Source: Candidatus Aminicenantes bacterium
GTDB lineage: Bacteria; Acidobacteriota; Aminicenantia; Aminicenantales; Saccharicenantaceae
DNA length: 64,000 nucleotides
Direction: 5' to 3'
Assembly (NCBI GenBank): GCA_963727095.1
Contig: CAVSEQ010000001.1
Coordinates: forward strand, 18,083-82,082
Both the position numbers and the translations under genes were made by a program. Every line of letters starts with the position of its first letter. The stretch's first letter is position 1. The notes under the pieces were generated by a model. It worked only from the letters and a program-made list of their open reading frames with translations. It had not been told where the DNA came from and did no database searches. Shown here piece by piece: positions 1-9,444 of the stretch.

Positions 1-2230
1 GATCTACCCAAAGAACGTGATCTTCTACGCCATCATTCCCTATTCCATCGGTGACGCGATCACCGCGGACGTGCCCGATGTGGAAGGGATGACCCGGCTC
101 ATGAAAATGCCGGACCCCGTCATCATCCGGTATCAGCAGAAGACGTTCGAGGAGGACAAGCTGCTCTTTGTCGAGCCCGACTTCTTCAAGCTTTTCTCCA
201 TTCCCCTCATTAAGGGGAACCGGGAATCGGCCTTCTCGTCGAAAAACTCCGCCGTTTTAACCAAAACGGCCGCCCGGAAGTTCTTCGGGAGCGAGGACCC
301 GATGGGCAAGTACTTGACGACGCCGCAGGGACCTTTCCTCGTCTCGGGAGTCTGCGAGGACCTCCCCGGCAACTCCCATTTGGAGTTCGAGGTGCTTGTA
401 CCCCTGGACCTTTTAAACTTCAAGAACCAGCCGAATTATGTTTCGTTCTCCGTCTACACTTATCTTCTGCTCCGCCCCGGCGCATCCCCCCGCTCCGTTG
501 AGGCCAGGATGCCCGCCCTTGTGGAAAAGTACGCCGCCGGGCAGATCCAGCAGAACACCGGCCAGTCCTTCAAGGCCTACACGGCGGCCGGAAACGGCTA
601 CCGATACTTCCTGCAGCCGGTCCGTTCCATCCATCTTCATTCCAACCTGGAGACCGAGCTCAAGCCCAACGGGAATATCGCTTACGTCAATATCCTCATC
701 GCCATCGCGGCCTTCCTGATTATCATCGCCTGCATCAACTTTACCAACCTGGCGACGGCCCGTTCCACCGCCCGAGCCAGGGAGGTCGGCATCCGCAAGA
801 TCGTCGGAAGCACACGGGGCGCCCTCATCCGCCAGTTTCTTTTCGAATCTCTTCTTGTAAGCGCCGTCAGTCTGATTGCGGCCGCGGCCCTGGCCAAGCT
901 GCTGCTGCCGGTCTTCAACCAACTCACCGGAAAGCAGCTTCTCATTCATTATCTCAAAGACCCGTCTCAGCCGGCCCTGCTGCTCGTCATCGGTATCGCC
1001 GTGGGCCTGATGGCCGGCCTTTACCCCGCTTTTGTCCTTTCCTCTTTTCTCCCCGTCACCGTCCTCAAAGGACGGTTCAGCGGCTCCCGAAAAGGTATCC
1101 GGGTGCGAAACGCCCTGGTCGTGATGCAATTCGCGATCTCGATTATCTGCATCGCCATGACGCTTCTCGTGCACCGGCAGCTGGAGTTCATGCGCGCCAA
1201 GGACCTGGGCTTCAACCCGGCCCACATTGTTATCGTGCAACGGGCCTACGCGATCCAGGCGCGCGGCGAAGCTTTTATGCAGGAGGTCCGCCGCCTCCCG
1301 GGTGTCGTGACCGCGGCCGGGTCGTCGACCATTGTTTCCGGAGGGTACTATTTCGGCGTCATGTTTCAAGCCGAGGCAAATCCGGAAGTCAAGACGACGC
1401 GCGGCATGGTCATCGACGAAGACTTTATCCCGGCCTTGGGCTTGACGGTCACGCGCGGACGGGGATTCTCGCGCCAGTTCAACGAATCGCGCAACGTGAT
1501 TATCAATGAGACTGCCATGAGAGAGCTGGGCTGGAAGGATCCAATCGGCATGAAGATCAGGCGGGCGGGCGGCCCCGACGAGCCAACGGGGGAGTACACG
1601 ATCGTGGGCGTGGTCAAAGACTTCCATTACAATTCCCTGCATTCCCCGATCAATTCGTTCGTGTATTTCTGCTACGATGTGCCGAACCGGGCGTTCACAG
1701 ACTTGAGCATCAGGTTGCGGCCGGAAAACGGCCCGGCCACCGTGGCCGCCATCGGCGCTCTCTGGAAATCGTTCAGCCCCACGGCGCCATTCAATTACGT
1801 CTTTCTGGAGGACGGGCTCGACCGGATGTACGCCAACGAGCGGACCTCGGGACGGGTATTCGGCCTACTGTCGCTCCTGGCCATCGTCATCGCCTGTATC
1901 GGGCTGTTCGGGTTATCAGCCTATGTCACCGAACTTAAGACAAAAGAAATCGGCATCAGGAAAATCCTCGGGTCAACGCCCTCGGGCATCGTCGCCCTGC
2001 TGTCAAAGGACTTTGCCAGGCTCGTCCTTTTGGCGGCCGCCATCGCACTCCCCATCGCTTATTACGCGATGAGCCGCTGGCTGCAGAACTTCGCCTACCG
2101 GACGGGCATCAGCCTCTGGATATTCGCAGCCGCCGGCGCCGCCGCTCTCATCATCGAACAGCTCACCGTGAGCTACCAGGCTTTGAGGGCGGCCCATACA
2201 AATCCCGCCGACGCGCTCCGCTTCGAATAG
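1..2230 (+). CDS. ABC transporter permease, FtsX/MacB family, 5'-partial (continues upstream of the window)
   Basis: ORF is open to the window start (frame of 17..2230). It has two FtsX-type 4-TM modules (around aa 230-350 and the C-terminal 120 aa) separated by a large periplasmic MacB-like domain, with conserved G/S-rich permease loops. The first codon shown at 17 is GTG, not an authentic start. Confidence 0.75.
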   Translation, partial: IYPKNVIFYAIIPYSIGDAITADVPDVEGMTRLMKMPDPVIIRYQQKTFEEDKLLFVEPDFFKLFSIPLIKGNRESAFSSKNSAVLTKTAARKFFGSEDPMGKYLTTPQGPFLVSGVCEDLPGNSHLEFEVLVPLDLLNFKNQPNYVSFSVYTYLLLRPGASPRSVEARMPALVEKYAAGQIQQNTGQSFKAYTAAGNGYRYFLQPVRSIHLHSNLETELKPNGNIAYVNILIAIAAFLIIIACINFTNLATARSTARAREVGIRKIVGSTRGALIRQFLFESLLVSAVSLIAAAALAKLLLPVFNQLTGKQLLIHYLKDPSQPALLLVIGIAVGLMAGLYPAFVLSSFLPVTVLKGRFSGSRKGIRVRNALVVMQFAISIICIAMTLLVHRQLEFMRAKDLGFNPAHIVIVQRAYAIQARGEAFMQEVRRLPGVVTAAGSSTIVSGGYYFGVMFQAEANPEVKTTRGMVIDEDFIPALGLTVTRGRGFSRQFNESRNVIINETAMRELGWKDPIGMKIRRAGGPDEPTGEYTIVGVVKDFHYNSLHSPINSFVYFCYDVPNRAFTDLSIRLRPENGPATVAAIGALWKSFSPTAPFNYVFLEDGLDRMYANERTSGRVFGLLSLLAIVIACIGLFGLSAYVTELKTKEIGIRKILGSTPSGIVALLSKDFARLVLLAAAIALPIAYYAMSRWLQNFAYRTGISLWIFAAAGAAALIIEQLTVSYQALRAAHTNPADALRFE

Positions 2231-2496
2231 GCGTCGGACACCAAGAGTTTTTTTATCGGCACGTCGCACGGTTCAGCCGGACCAAGAGCGCTTCGTGTAG
2301 TTTAATCATTCCGAAAATGTTCCAGCATGCCCTGCGGTCTCAGAAACCATGTGCCGGAAGAAAGGACGCGGTCCTGGGAAAACGGACTTTGCCGAGGGCG
2401 GACGTCGTCATTTCAACCACCCGGCCAGCCAAAAATTCTTCAAATGGCAGGGAGACGGGACGCCTGAAGAAGTTCCCGGGCGGAAACCTTGGAAGA

Positions 2497-2523
2497 TGTG
2501 CATTTTGGTATGATTTTTGCACA
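2497..2523 (+). promoter_or_regulatory. Putative promoter with an extended -10 (TGgTATGAT) embedded in the inverted repeat TGTGCA-N15-TGCACA
   Basis: Seen directly: tgtgcattttggtatgatttttgcaca sits 13 nt upstream of the ATG at 2536. The perfect 6-bp arms flank a near-consensus -10, the typical layout of a repressor operator. Confidence 0.3.
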
Positions 2524-2535
2524 GCTTTCTTTGAT

Positions 2536-3222
2536 ATGGAGAAAGCAACCATGAACGGGATTTGTCAATTTCGAGTTGGCGATGCCTTTCGCTTAATCCA
2601 TCAGAGCATAAGCCGTGGGGTTCACATGGCCGGACTTTACGGCCGCATCTTCGCCCAAGCCGGCTTTCCGCTCGGGAAGATTCATTCGGGGTTCATCGAT
2701 TATGTCCGGAGTCTGGTATCCGTATTGAATGCCCACAGCCTGGCGGAAGACCAGCTGGCCTTCCCGCTGTTCAAGGAGCTTTTGCCACAGGCCCCCTATG
2801 AGCGACTGACCAACGAACATCTTGAGTTGATTCCTATCGTCGATGACCTCCGACTGGAGATCGGGCGGGTCGCCGACAATCCGGAGCCGCGTGCGCCTTT
2901 AGGCAGGATCGGCAACTTGCTGGAGAGACTGGCGGAGATTTGGGGGCCGCACATTGCGATCGAGGAGACCCATTTCTCTCCGGAAAAGATCGATGCCGTA
3001 ATGAGCGCCGATGAACAGGCCCGTCTCCTGGCGCAGATCAGCGACGCCAATCAGAAACACTCCGGCCCGGATTATCTCGTTGTGCCGTTCACTCTCTTCA
3101 ACCTGCCGCAGAAAGAACGCTCCCGTCTATCGGATCTGTTGCCGCCGGTCGAGCCGTGGCACCTCCTTCCGGTTGACTGGAAAGAGAAATGGCAGCCGAT
3201 GGCTCCTTTCCTGCTGGTCTGA
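2536..3222 (+). CDS. Hypothetical protein (possible hemerythrin-like HxxxE motifs); start ambiguous (2317 ATG in frame, 2536 or 2551 more likely)
   Basis: 301-aa ORF whose first 73 residues look like translated non-coding sequence (R/G/K-rich, no structure). The putative promoter at 2497-2523 favours a start at 2536 or 2551. No recognisable catalytic family. Confidence 0.45.
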   Translation: MEKATMNGICQFRVGDAFRLIHQSISRGVHMAGLYGRIFAQAGFPLGKIHSGFIDYVRSLVSVLNAHSLAEDQLAFPLFKELLPQAPYERLTNEHLELIPIVDDLRLEIGRVADNPEPRAPLGRIGNLLERLAEIWGPHIAIEETHFSPEKIDAVMSADEQARLLAQISDANQKHSGPDYLVVPFTLFNLPQKERSRLSDLLPPVEPWHLLPVDWKEKWQPMAPFLLV

Positions 3223-3378
3223 AACACAACCCCCGTAGCGCCGCGGCCTTGGCCGGAAACGCATAAGGAGTTCCCTCGACGGAGCCCTGATCACTATTGA
3301 TTTGCGGAAGCCCCCAGCGGTTCTTGACAGCCCGAGTGTGGCGCATGAGAATGGATCCGCACGAAAGGAGAATCGACA

Positions 3379-6111
3379 ATGTCCGCTTTCCGGCGAATCG
3401 TGACGGCCGCCTGTCTTGTGATCGTGCTGGTCGCTGCTAACGGAGCGATCGATGTCCTCGCCCAGCCGCCCCTTCCCCAGAGTCTTTTCTCGGGGTTGCG
3501 GTGGCGGTTGATCGGACCATTTCGAGGAGGCCGGGTGAACGCCGTAAGCGGGGTGCCCGGACATCCCAATACTTTCTACTATGGCTCGGTCTGCGGAGGC
3601 GTGTGGAAATCCACGAACGCAGGCCGCACGTGGACGCCCATATTCGATGGGCAGCCGGCCGCCTCGATCGGCGCGATAGCGGTCGCCGCGTCGAATCCGA
3701 ACGTCCTGTACGTCGGCACGGGCGAAAGCGACATGCGTGACTCGATCTCGTTCGGAAACGGGATATACAAATCGACAGACGCCGGGAAGACCTGGAAGCC
3801 TGTCGGCCTGGAGAAGACACGTCAGATCGCGCGCGTCGTGGTCGATCCGAAGAATCCTGAGGTTGTCTTCGTTGCGGCCATGGGCCATGCCTATGGACCA
3901 AGTCCGGACCGCGGCGTTTATCGCTCACGCGACGGAGGGGCGACCTGGCAAAAGGTCCTCTATCGGAGTGACGGCGTCGGCGCCGCCGATCTGGCCTTCG
4001 ATTCGAAGAATTCGAAGGTCATCTACGCGACCATGTGGGCCACCCGCCGTCCCCCGTGGTACGTCTATGGACCATCCATCGGCCCCGGAGGCGGTCTCTT
4101 CAAGTCGATTGACGGGGGAACGACATGGAAACAACTCCTGGCGGGCCTTCCGTCCGAAAACTACGGGCGAAGCGGTGTCGCGGTGGCGCCGACAAATCCC
4201 AAGCGGGTATACGCCATCATTGATGCGAAGAACGGCGGGCTCTACCGTTCCGATGACGCCGGGGCGGCGTGGCGAAAGATCTCGGGCGACAATCGCATCT
4301 GGGGCCGCGGCTGGTACTTCGGCAAGCTCGCGGTCGACCCGAAGAACCCGGACGTCGTCTACGTGTCCAATACCGCGCTTTACAAGTCCGTCGATGGAGG
4401 CAAAAGCTGGGTCCCGATCAAGGGTGCTCCCGGCGGGGATGACTATCATCAGCTCTGGATTGCTCCCGAAGACCCCAAGCGCATGATCGTCGCCAGCGAT
4501 CAAGGGACCGTCGTCACGGTCGATGGCGCGCTGACATGGAGCTCGTGGTACAACCAGTCGACCGCCCAGCTGTATCACGTCGCCGCCGACTATCGATTTC
4601 CGTACTGGCTCACAGGCGCGCAGCAGGACAGCGGCCCCGTGGGCGTGCCGGTGCGCAGCCCCCATTCCGTGATCTCCATGCATGATTGGACAGGCGTGGG
4701 CGCCGGCGGCGAGAGCGGCTACACCGCGCCCGATCCGCTGCATCCCGAGATCTTGTACGGAGGGATGGTCTCTCGCTGGAATAGCGTCACCGGCGCATCC
4801 CAAAACGTCTCACCGGAGAGAGGTGCTGCGGGAGGACCGTTCAGGCATGACTGGACCCAGCCTCTGGTCTTCTCCCCGGCCGATCCGCATGCGCTGTACT
4901 TCGCCAATCAGTATCTTTACAAAACGACGAACGGAGGAGACAGCTGGAAGCAGATCAGCCCTGACCTGACGCGGGAAGACCCCGGCGTGCCGCCCAATTT
5001 GGACGCGGCTGCCGCGGCGGATGCCCCGCCCGGCGGGAGCACTCGCCGGGGCGTCATCTACACCATCGCGCCGTCGCCGGTGCGTGCGCCGCTCGTCTGG
5101 ATCGGTACCGATGACGGCGTCATTCAGGTTACGCCGGATGACGGCGAGACCTGGCAGAATGTGACCCCGCCGGATTTAACATCGTGGAGCAAGGTGACGA
5201 TGATCGACGCTTCGCACTTTGACCCGGATGAAGCCTACGCCGCGGCGGAGCGGCATCAGCTCGAAGATTACGAGCCCTACATTTATCGCACCCGTGACGG
5301 CGGCAAAACATGGCAGAAGATTACCAACGGATTGCCTGCGGGCGTGTATGTGCAGACGGTCAAAGAAGACCCGGCCAGGCAGGGCCTGCTCTTCGCGGGG
5401 ACCGAGCTTGGGGTCTTCGTGTCGTTTGACGACGGCGACACATGGCAGTCCCTGCAACTGAACCTGCCTCCGGGGTCGATGAGAGACTTCGCCGTACGCG
5501 GCGACGACCTCACCGTCGCCACGCACGGACGCGGATTCTGGGTTCTCGACGACATCACCGTGCTGCGCCAGATCGACAGCACGGCCGCGAACACCGAGGC
5601 GATCCTTTTCAAGCCGGCCGACGCCGTCAATATGCCGCCGGGGAGCGAGTTTGGCACGCCGCTGCCTAAAGACGAGCCGTTCGCCGAAAATCCTCCGTAC
5701 GGCGCCATGATTGATTACTTCCTGAAGTCAGCCGCCACCGGTCCCGTCACGCTCGAGATTCTGGACGAGGCGGGCCAATCGGTGCGGCGCTTCTCGAGCG
5801 ACGATAAGATCACTTCGGTCAATCCGGACTCGCTCACCGTCCAGGCCGTATGGGTGCCTCAGCGCGAGCCGCTGCCGGCGGCAGCCGGGATGCATCGCTG
5901 GGCATGGGACCTGCGCCGGCCCGCGCCGGCCGGCACTGGAAGCGGCGCCAGGGGTGCGGGTCCCGGCGGAGGCCCCGGCGGCGGAGGATACGGCAGGGGA
6001 GGCGGCGTCTCCGTTCAGCCCGGGACCTACACGGTCAGGCTCACGGTCGACGGCAGGACCTATACTCAACCGCTTACGCTGAAGCCCGATCCCCGCACGG
6101 TTTTTAAATAA
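3379..6111 (+). CDS. Secreted BNR/Asp-box repeat beta-propeller protein (sortilin/VPS10-like, glycosyl-hydrolase-like), Gly-rich segment and conserved C-terminal tail
   Basis: N-terminal signal peptide (MSAFRRIVTAACLVIVLVAANGA). Multiple S/TxDxGxTW Asp-box motifs (STDAGKTW, SRDGGATW, SIDGGTTW, SVDGGKSW, TTNGGDSW, TRDGGKTW, FDDGDTWQ). Gly-rich run near 5930-6010. Paralog of 46009..49107. Confidence 0.75.
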   Translation: MSAFRRIVTAACLVIVLVAANGAIDVLAQPPLPQSLFSGLRWRLIGPFRGGRVNAVSGVPGHPNTFYYGSVCGGVWKSTNAGRTWTPIFDGQPAASIGAIAVAASNPNVLYVGTGESDMRDSISFGNGIYKSTDAGKTWKPVGLEKTRQIARVVVDPKNPEVVFVAAMGHAYGPSPDRGVYRSRDGGATWQKVLYRSDGVGAADLAFDSKNSKVIYATMWATRRPPWYVYGPSIGPGGGLFKSIDGGTTWKQLLAGLPSENYGRSGVAVAPTNPKRVYAIIDAKNGGLYRSDDAGAAWRKISGDNRIWGRGWYFGKLAVDPKNPDVVYVSNTALYKSVDGGKSWVPIKGAPGGDDYHQLWIAPEDPKRMIVASDQGTVVTVDGALTWSSWYNQSTAQLYHVAADYRFPYWLTGAQQDSGPVGVPVRSPHSVISMHDWTGVGAGGESGYTAPDPLHPEILYGGMVSRWNSVTGASQNVSPERGAAGGPFRHDWTQPLVFSPADPHALYFANQYLYKTTNGGDSWKQISPDLTREDPGVPPNLDAAAAADAPPGGSTRRGVIYTIAPSPVRAPLVWIGTDDGVIQVTPDDGETWQNVTPPDLTSWSKVTMIDASHFDPDEAYAAAERHQLEDYEPYIYRTRDGGKTWQKITNGLPAGVYVQTVKEDPARQGLLFAGTELGVFVSFDDGDTWQSLQLNLPPGSMRDFAVRGDDLTVATHGRGFWVLDDITVLRQIDSTAANTEAILFKPADAVNMPPGSEFGTPLPKDEPFAENPPYGAMIDYFLKSAATGPVTLEILDEAGQSVRRFSSDDKITSVNPDSLTVQAVWVPQREPLPAAAGMHRWAWDLRRPAPAGTGSGARGAGPGGGPGGGGYGRGGGVSVQPGTYTVRLTVDGRTYTQPLTLKPDPRTVFK

Positions 6112-6126
6112 TTCCGGCGGGGGTCT

Positions 6127-7098
6127 TTAGCGGCCGGGGTGAGAATCGAATCGATAATAAAAATTGCCGCTTTCGGGCACCGTGAGGCAAGATTTTTCCG
6201 CAAGGATGTCGGTGGCTCTCGTATAAATGAAATGGTACCACCAAATGAAAAACTCCTCGAAGGAGACTTCTCGCGCATAGCGGGTCTCCGCGTAGGCTCT
6301 TTCAGCATAGCTCCGATTCTTTTTCAGAATTTCGATCAAAATGGGCCTATAAAAGGAAGCCATCTTTTCGAAGATGGCATTGTCATCCATAGTGATGAAA
6401 GCCATTTGCTCGAACTTTTCCCAGGCCGCGTTTCTGTCAATATGTTTCCGATTATTCCCGTAAACCGAAAAGCCGTTGAAACCGGCATTCCCATAGATGC
6501 CAAACGACTCCCTCTGGGGATGGAGGTTCTGGAAATAAGCGCAATAGTAATTCTTCCCGTTGCGGAGCGGCCTCTCATGGGCCAGATATTCATTCTCCAC
6601 ATTTGAAATCTGCCAACTGTCCAACAGGATGTCACTGAGAAGGAAAAAGGCGACTTTTTCAAAAGGGGTGGTTTGGGCTAGGGTCGTTTTACTATATTCG
6701 CTTTTATAGACATCGAGATTGGCCATGATAGTGTCGGCGATTTTTCGGGCCAGAGGCTCAGCCCGCCTGAAAAGCTCGTTTCCTTCCTGATCAGAGACCA
6801 CCATGCAGCTGGGGCGGCATTTCCCTTCCTTCTCATAGAGGAAGTTTTTGCTTTCCAGGTAATGGATCATCTCGATATATGTTTTCGGGTTCATCCCGGA
6901 CGATTTTTGGAATTCGGCAGGCGGGATGTCCTGATGCAGAGAGACGATCAGGGCCTTGAGACTTTTTTCGTTGGGATCGAAATCCGGCCGGTTGTCGCCC
7001 CTGGAAATCATTTTCCATTCATACGAAGCCGAGTCGATTTCGGCGGACAGGTTCAGCAGGCAACCCGCCAATACAACAAACAAACCCCATATCTTCAT
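6127..7098 (-). CDS. Hypothetical secreted protein (low-GC island)
   Basis: Start at ATG 7098 (MKIWGLFVVLAGCLLNLSA signal peptide) with a GGAGA Shine-Dalgarno 5-6 nt upstream. The ORF track's longer form starts at 7140. Local GC ~45% against ~63% flanking. No recognisable domain. Confidence 0.55.
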   Translation of the reverse strand: MKIWGLFVVLAGCLLNLSAEIDSASYEWKMISRGDNRPDFDPNEKSLKALIVSLHQDIPPAEFQKSSGMNPKTYIEMIHYLESKNFLYEKEGKCRPSCMVVSDQEGNELFRRAEPLARKIADTIMANLDVYKSEYSKTTLAQTTPFEKVAFFLLSDILLDSWQISNVENEYLAHERPLRNGKNYYCAYFQNLHPQRESFGIYGNAGFNGFSVYGNNRKHIDRNAAWEKFEQMAFITMDDNAIFEKMASFYRPILIEILKKNRSYAERAYAETRYAREVSFEEFFIWWYHFIYTRATDILAEKSCLTVPESGNFYYRFDSHPGR

Positions 7099-7214
7099 GC
7101 TGTCTCCTCGAGATTGGCCTGCGCCCTCTGAATGTATCACCTGTGAAATGAGGTTTTCAAGCTTCAGCTTCTTTTCGCAAGATCAAGTGGACTATAATGC
7201 AAGGGGAGGGCGCG

Positions 7215-7736
7215 ATGAAAACAAGTGGGTTTATTACCGCGGGGGTTCTTCTCGGCCTATCCGGAGGAATTATCGTCGGGGCCGGGGCGTCCTCCCGCCG
7301 GCACGACCAGGAAGAAGAGCAAAAATCGAAATTCTATGCCGTCCGAGTTGAGTCTGAAAAGAATGTCCAAAACGCGAAAGATTCTCTCGGTGCGCCGGAC
7401 GGCCACTTTGCCGAAATCCTTCCGGGCGGGGAGCTGGTTCTCATCATGGAGAAGAATTTTATCGAAAGCGGTTCAGTCGTTTACAAGGGAGAAACGCAGT
7501 TCAATCTCGAAGGCTGGTTTCATATACAAGACACTCAGGACGAACGGCAGAACTACCAGTGGATGGATATCCACCGATTGTCTCCAAGCCGCTTTACGTT
7601 TCTATCTTCCGGGGGCTATTTTTATACATGGTGGGGCAATACCGGCGTGAATAAGATCAGGATCACCAATATCGACACGAAACCTCTGCTCGTGGACGCC
7701 GTAATCGGATACGGCCTCGAAGCGGGGAAAAATTAG
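7215..7736 (+). CDS. Hypothetical protein with N-terminal TM/signal segment (low-GC island), divergent from 6127..7098
   Basis: ATG 7215 preceded by GGAGG (7205-7209). The N-terminus MKTSGFITAGVLLGLSGGIIVGAGA is hydrophobic. Low-GC codon usage. No recognisable domain. Confidence 0.5.
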   Translation: MKTSGFITAGVLLGLSGGIIVGAGASSRRHDQEEEQKSKFYAVRVESEKNVQNAKDSLGAPDGHFAEILPGGELVLIMEKNFIESGSVVYKGETQFNLEGWFHIQDTQDERQNYQWMDIHRLSPSRFTFLSSGGYFYTWWGNTGVNKIRITNIDTKPLLVDAVIGYGLEAGKN

Positions 7737-7747
7737 GGGGCCCGGTC

Positions 7748-8407
7748 ATGGTCAAGAAATTTGATGAAGAAGCCAATAGGATTCTTGACAAGATTCTCGA
7801 GGCGCGCCGGTCGATCCGAGCCTTCGCCAAGGAGACCCCGGCGAAAGAGATTATGGAGCAACTGATCAAGGCCGGCTCCCTGGCGCCGTATGCGGCACTC
7901 GCCGTGGCCGGGCGGGCCGATTTCCGGCGGTTCATTATCCTCGAGAGGGGAAAGCCGGCCAGGGATGAGGCCGCCCGCCTCATTCAGCTCCGGGCCCAGA
8001 AAGGGCTCGCGAAAATGCTTCAAGCCCGAGGCGGCAGGATGCCGGTCGAGGGAGACCTGGATTTTTCTTACCTCGGCAGGCTGAAGATGATGGCGGACAA
8101 CGGCCATCCGTCACTGGCCACGGCGCCGTATTACATCGTTGTCGCCGAATATCAGGGTGTCCCTCCGTCCGGGCTCCAGTCCCTGGCCCATGTCCTTGAG
8201 AATATGTGGCTGAAGGCCACGGCCCTTGGGTTGGCCTTTCAGTTGATCAGCGTCACGGAAACCATGGCCGAAGACGAGGAGTTTGTGCGTCTCCTCGGTC
8301 TGCCTTTCGGCGACTATGTCATTGACGGCTGTGCCGTCGGCTATCCGGCCGCCGATCCGCCCCCGGCGCCGCGCCCGGACATGAGCTCCGGAATCAAGTG
8401 GTTGTAA
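7748..8407 (+). CDS. Nitroreductase-family oxidoreductase
   Basis: ARRSIRAF motif near the N-terminus and overall nitroreductase-fold signature (K..GSLAPYA..., ...ENMWLKATALGL...). 219 aa. Confidence 0.7.
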   Translation: MVKKFDEEANRILDKILEARRSIRAFAKETPAKEIMEQLIKAGSLAPYAALAVAGRADFRRFIILERGKPARDEAARLIQLRAQKGLAKMLQARGGRMPVEGDLDFSYLGRLKMMADNGHPSLATAPYYIVVAEYQGVPPSGLQSLAHVLENMWLKATALGLAFQLISVTETMAEDEEFVRLLGLPFGDYVIDGCAVGYPAADPPPAPRPDMSSGIKWL

Positions 8408-8695
8408 AGTGCGGATTTCCGTTGTCATAGTCATGGCTCTGGCCGCCGCGGCATCGCTCCAGGCCGATTATCCGGATGGGCGGCCGGCAGCGACGTTGCG
8501 CATGGAAGCCAAAGACCAAGGCGTGGTGATGAAGCATGGCGACGGACCCAAGGAATGTGACGAGTTCGGCGCCCGGCGGCGACTCCAAGAGTCACATGCG
8601 CCGCGATGTCGGTCTCGCGTGGCTGGGACTTCCCTTGCGACCTCCCGCCAATAAATAGGGCGCCACCGGGTGAGAAGAATACCCCGCGAATGCGG

Positions 8696-9442
8696 TCAGT
8701 GCGGGTGGGAATGCCGGAGAATGTGCGGCTTCTCGAGGCCGTGCTTGAGCATCAGGTTTTCGTCGGCGAGGATGGAGAGCGCAGGCCCGTCCGCCGCGAT
8801 CGTCCCCTCGTCCATGACGACGGCCCTCGTGCACAGTTCGGCCACGAGCTCCAAATCGTGGGTGGCGATAATCTTCGTGGCTTCGATCGTGCGGAGCAGG
8901 GTCTTGAAGACCCGTTTTCCCCGGGGATCGAGGCCTCGCGTCGGCTCATCCAGAGCGAGAACTTTCGGCCGGCAGGCCAGGAGGCCCGCCAGGCAAACGC
9001 GTTGCTTTTCTCCGCTGCTCAGGTGATGGGGAGACCGCCGTTCGAATCCCTGGAGACCGACTTTCGCCAGGGCCTGTCGGACGATGTCCTCCACATCCCC
9101 GTCCTCGATTCCGAACTGCCGCGGCCCGAAGGCGACATCCTCGAAAACCGTGGGGCAGAAGAGCTGGTCCTCGGGATCCTCAAAGAGCAGCCCGACATCG
9201 CGCCGGATGCGCGCGAGATTGGCCTTGATCACAGGCACGCCGTGGATCCACACCGCCGGCTCGCCCTTGTGGTCTTCCGGCAGGATCCCGTTCAAGTGCA
9301 GGAGAAAGGTCGATTTGCCCGCGCCGTTGGGGCCGATCAGCCCCACGCTTTCCCCTTCGGCGATCGCCAGGGTGATGTCGTGCAGAGCGACATGGCCGTC
9401 CTCGTAACGAAAGCCGAGGTTCTTCACTTCAACGGCGAACAT
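8696..9442 (-). CDS. cbiO: ECF transporter ATP-binding component CbiO (EcfA-like)
   Basis: Start MFAVEVKNLGF at 9442, not the track's upstream extension to 10042. Walker A GPNGAGKST, signature LSSGEKQRV, Walker B VLALDEPT, H-loop ATHD. Immediately follows cbiQ. Confidence 0.85.
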   Translation of the reverse strand: MFAVEVKNLGFRYEDGHVALHDITLAIAEGESVGLIGPNGAGKSTFLLHLNGILPEDHKGEPAVWIHGVPVIKANLARIRRDVGLLFEDPEDQLFCPTVFEDVAFGPRQFGIEDGDVEDIVRQALAKVGLQGFERRSPHHLSSGEKQRVCLAGLLACRPKVLALDEPTRGLDPRGKRVFKTLLRTIEATKIIATHDLELVAELCTRAVVMDEGTIAADGPALSILADENLMLKHGLEKPHILRHSHPH

Positions 9443-9444
9443 GG

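Noticed and set aside
413-1642. 409-aa ORF antisense to the FtsX permease gene
   Set aside because: It lies entirely inside and opposite a well-supported CDS. The translation is R/G/D-rich and low-complexity, as expected from the open antisense frame of high-GC coding DNA.
2317-2535. Upstream extension of the 2536 gene to ATG 2317
   Set aside because: The encoded 73 residues are compositionally non-protein-like, and a promoter/operator lies at 2497-2523 inside this stretch. A downstream start is preferred.
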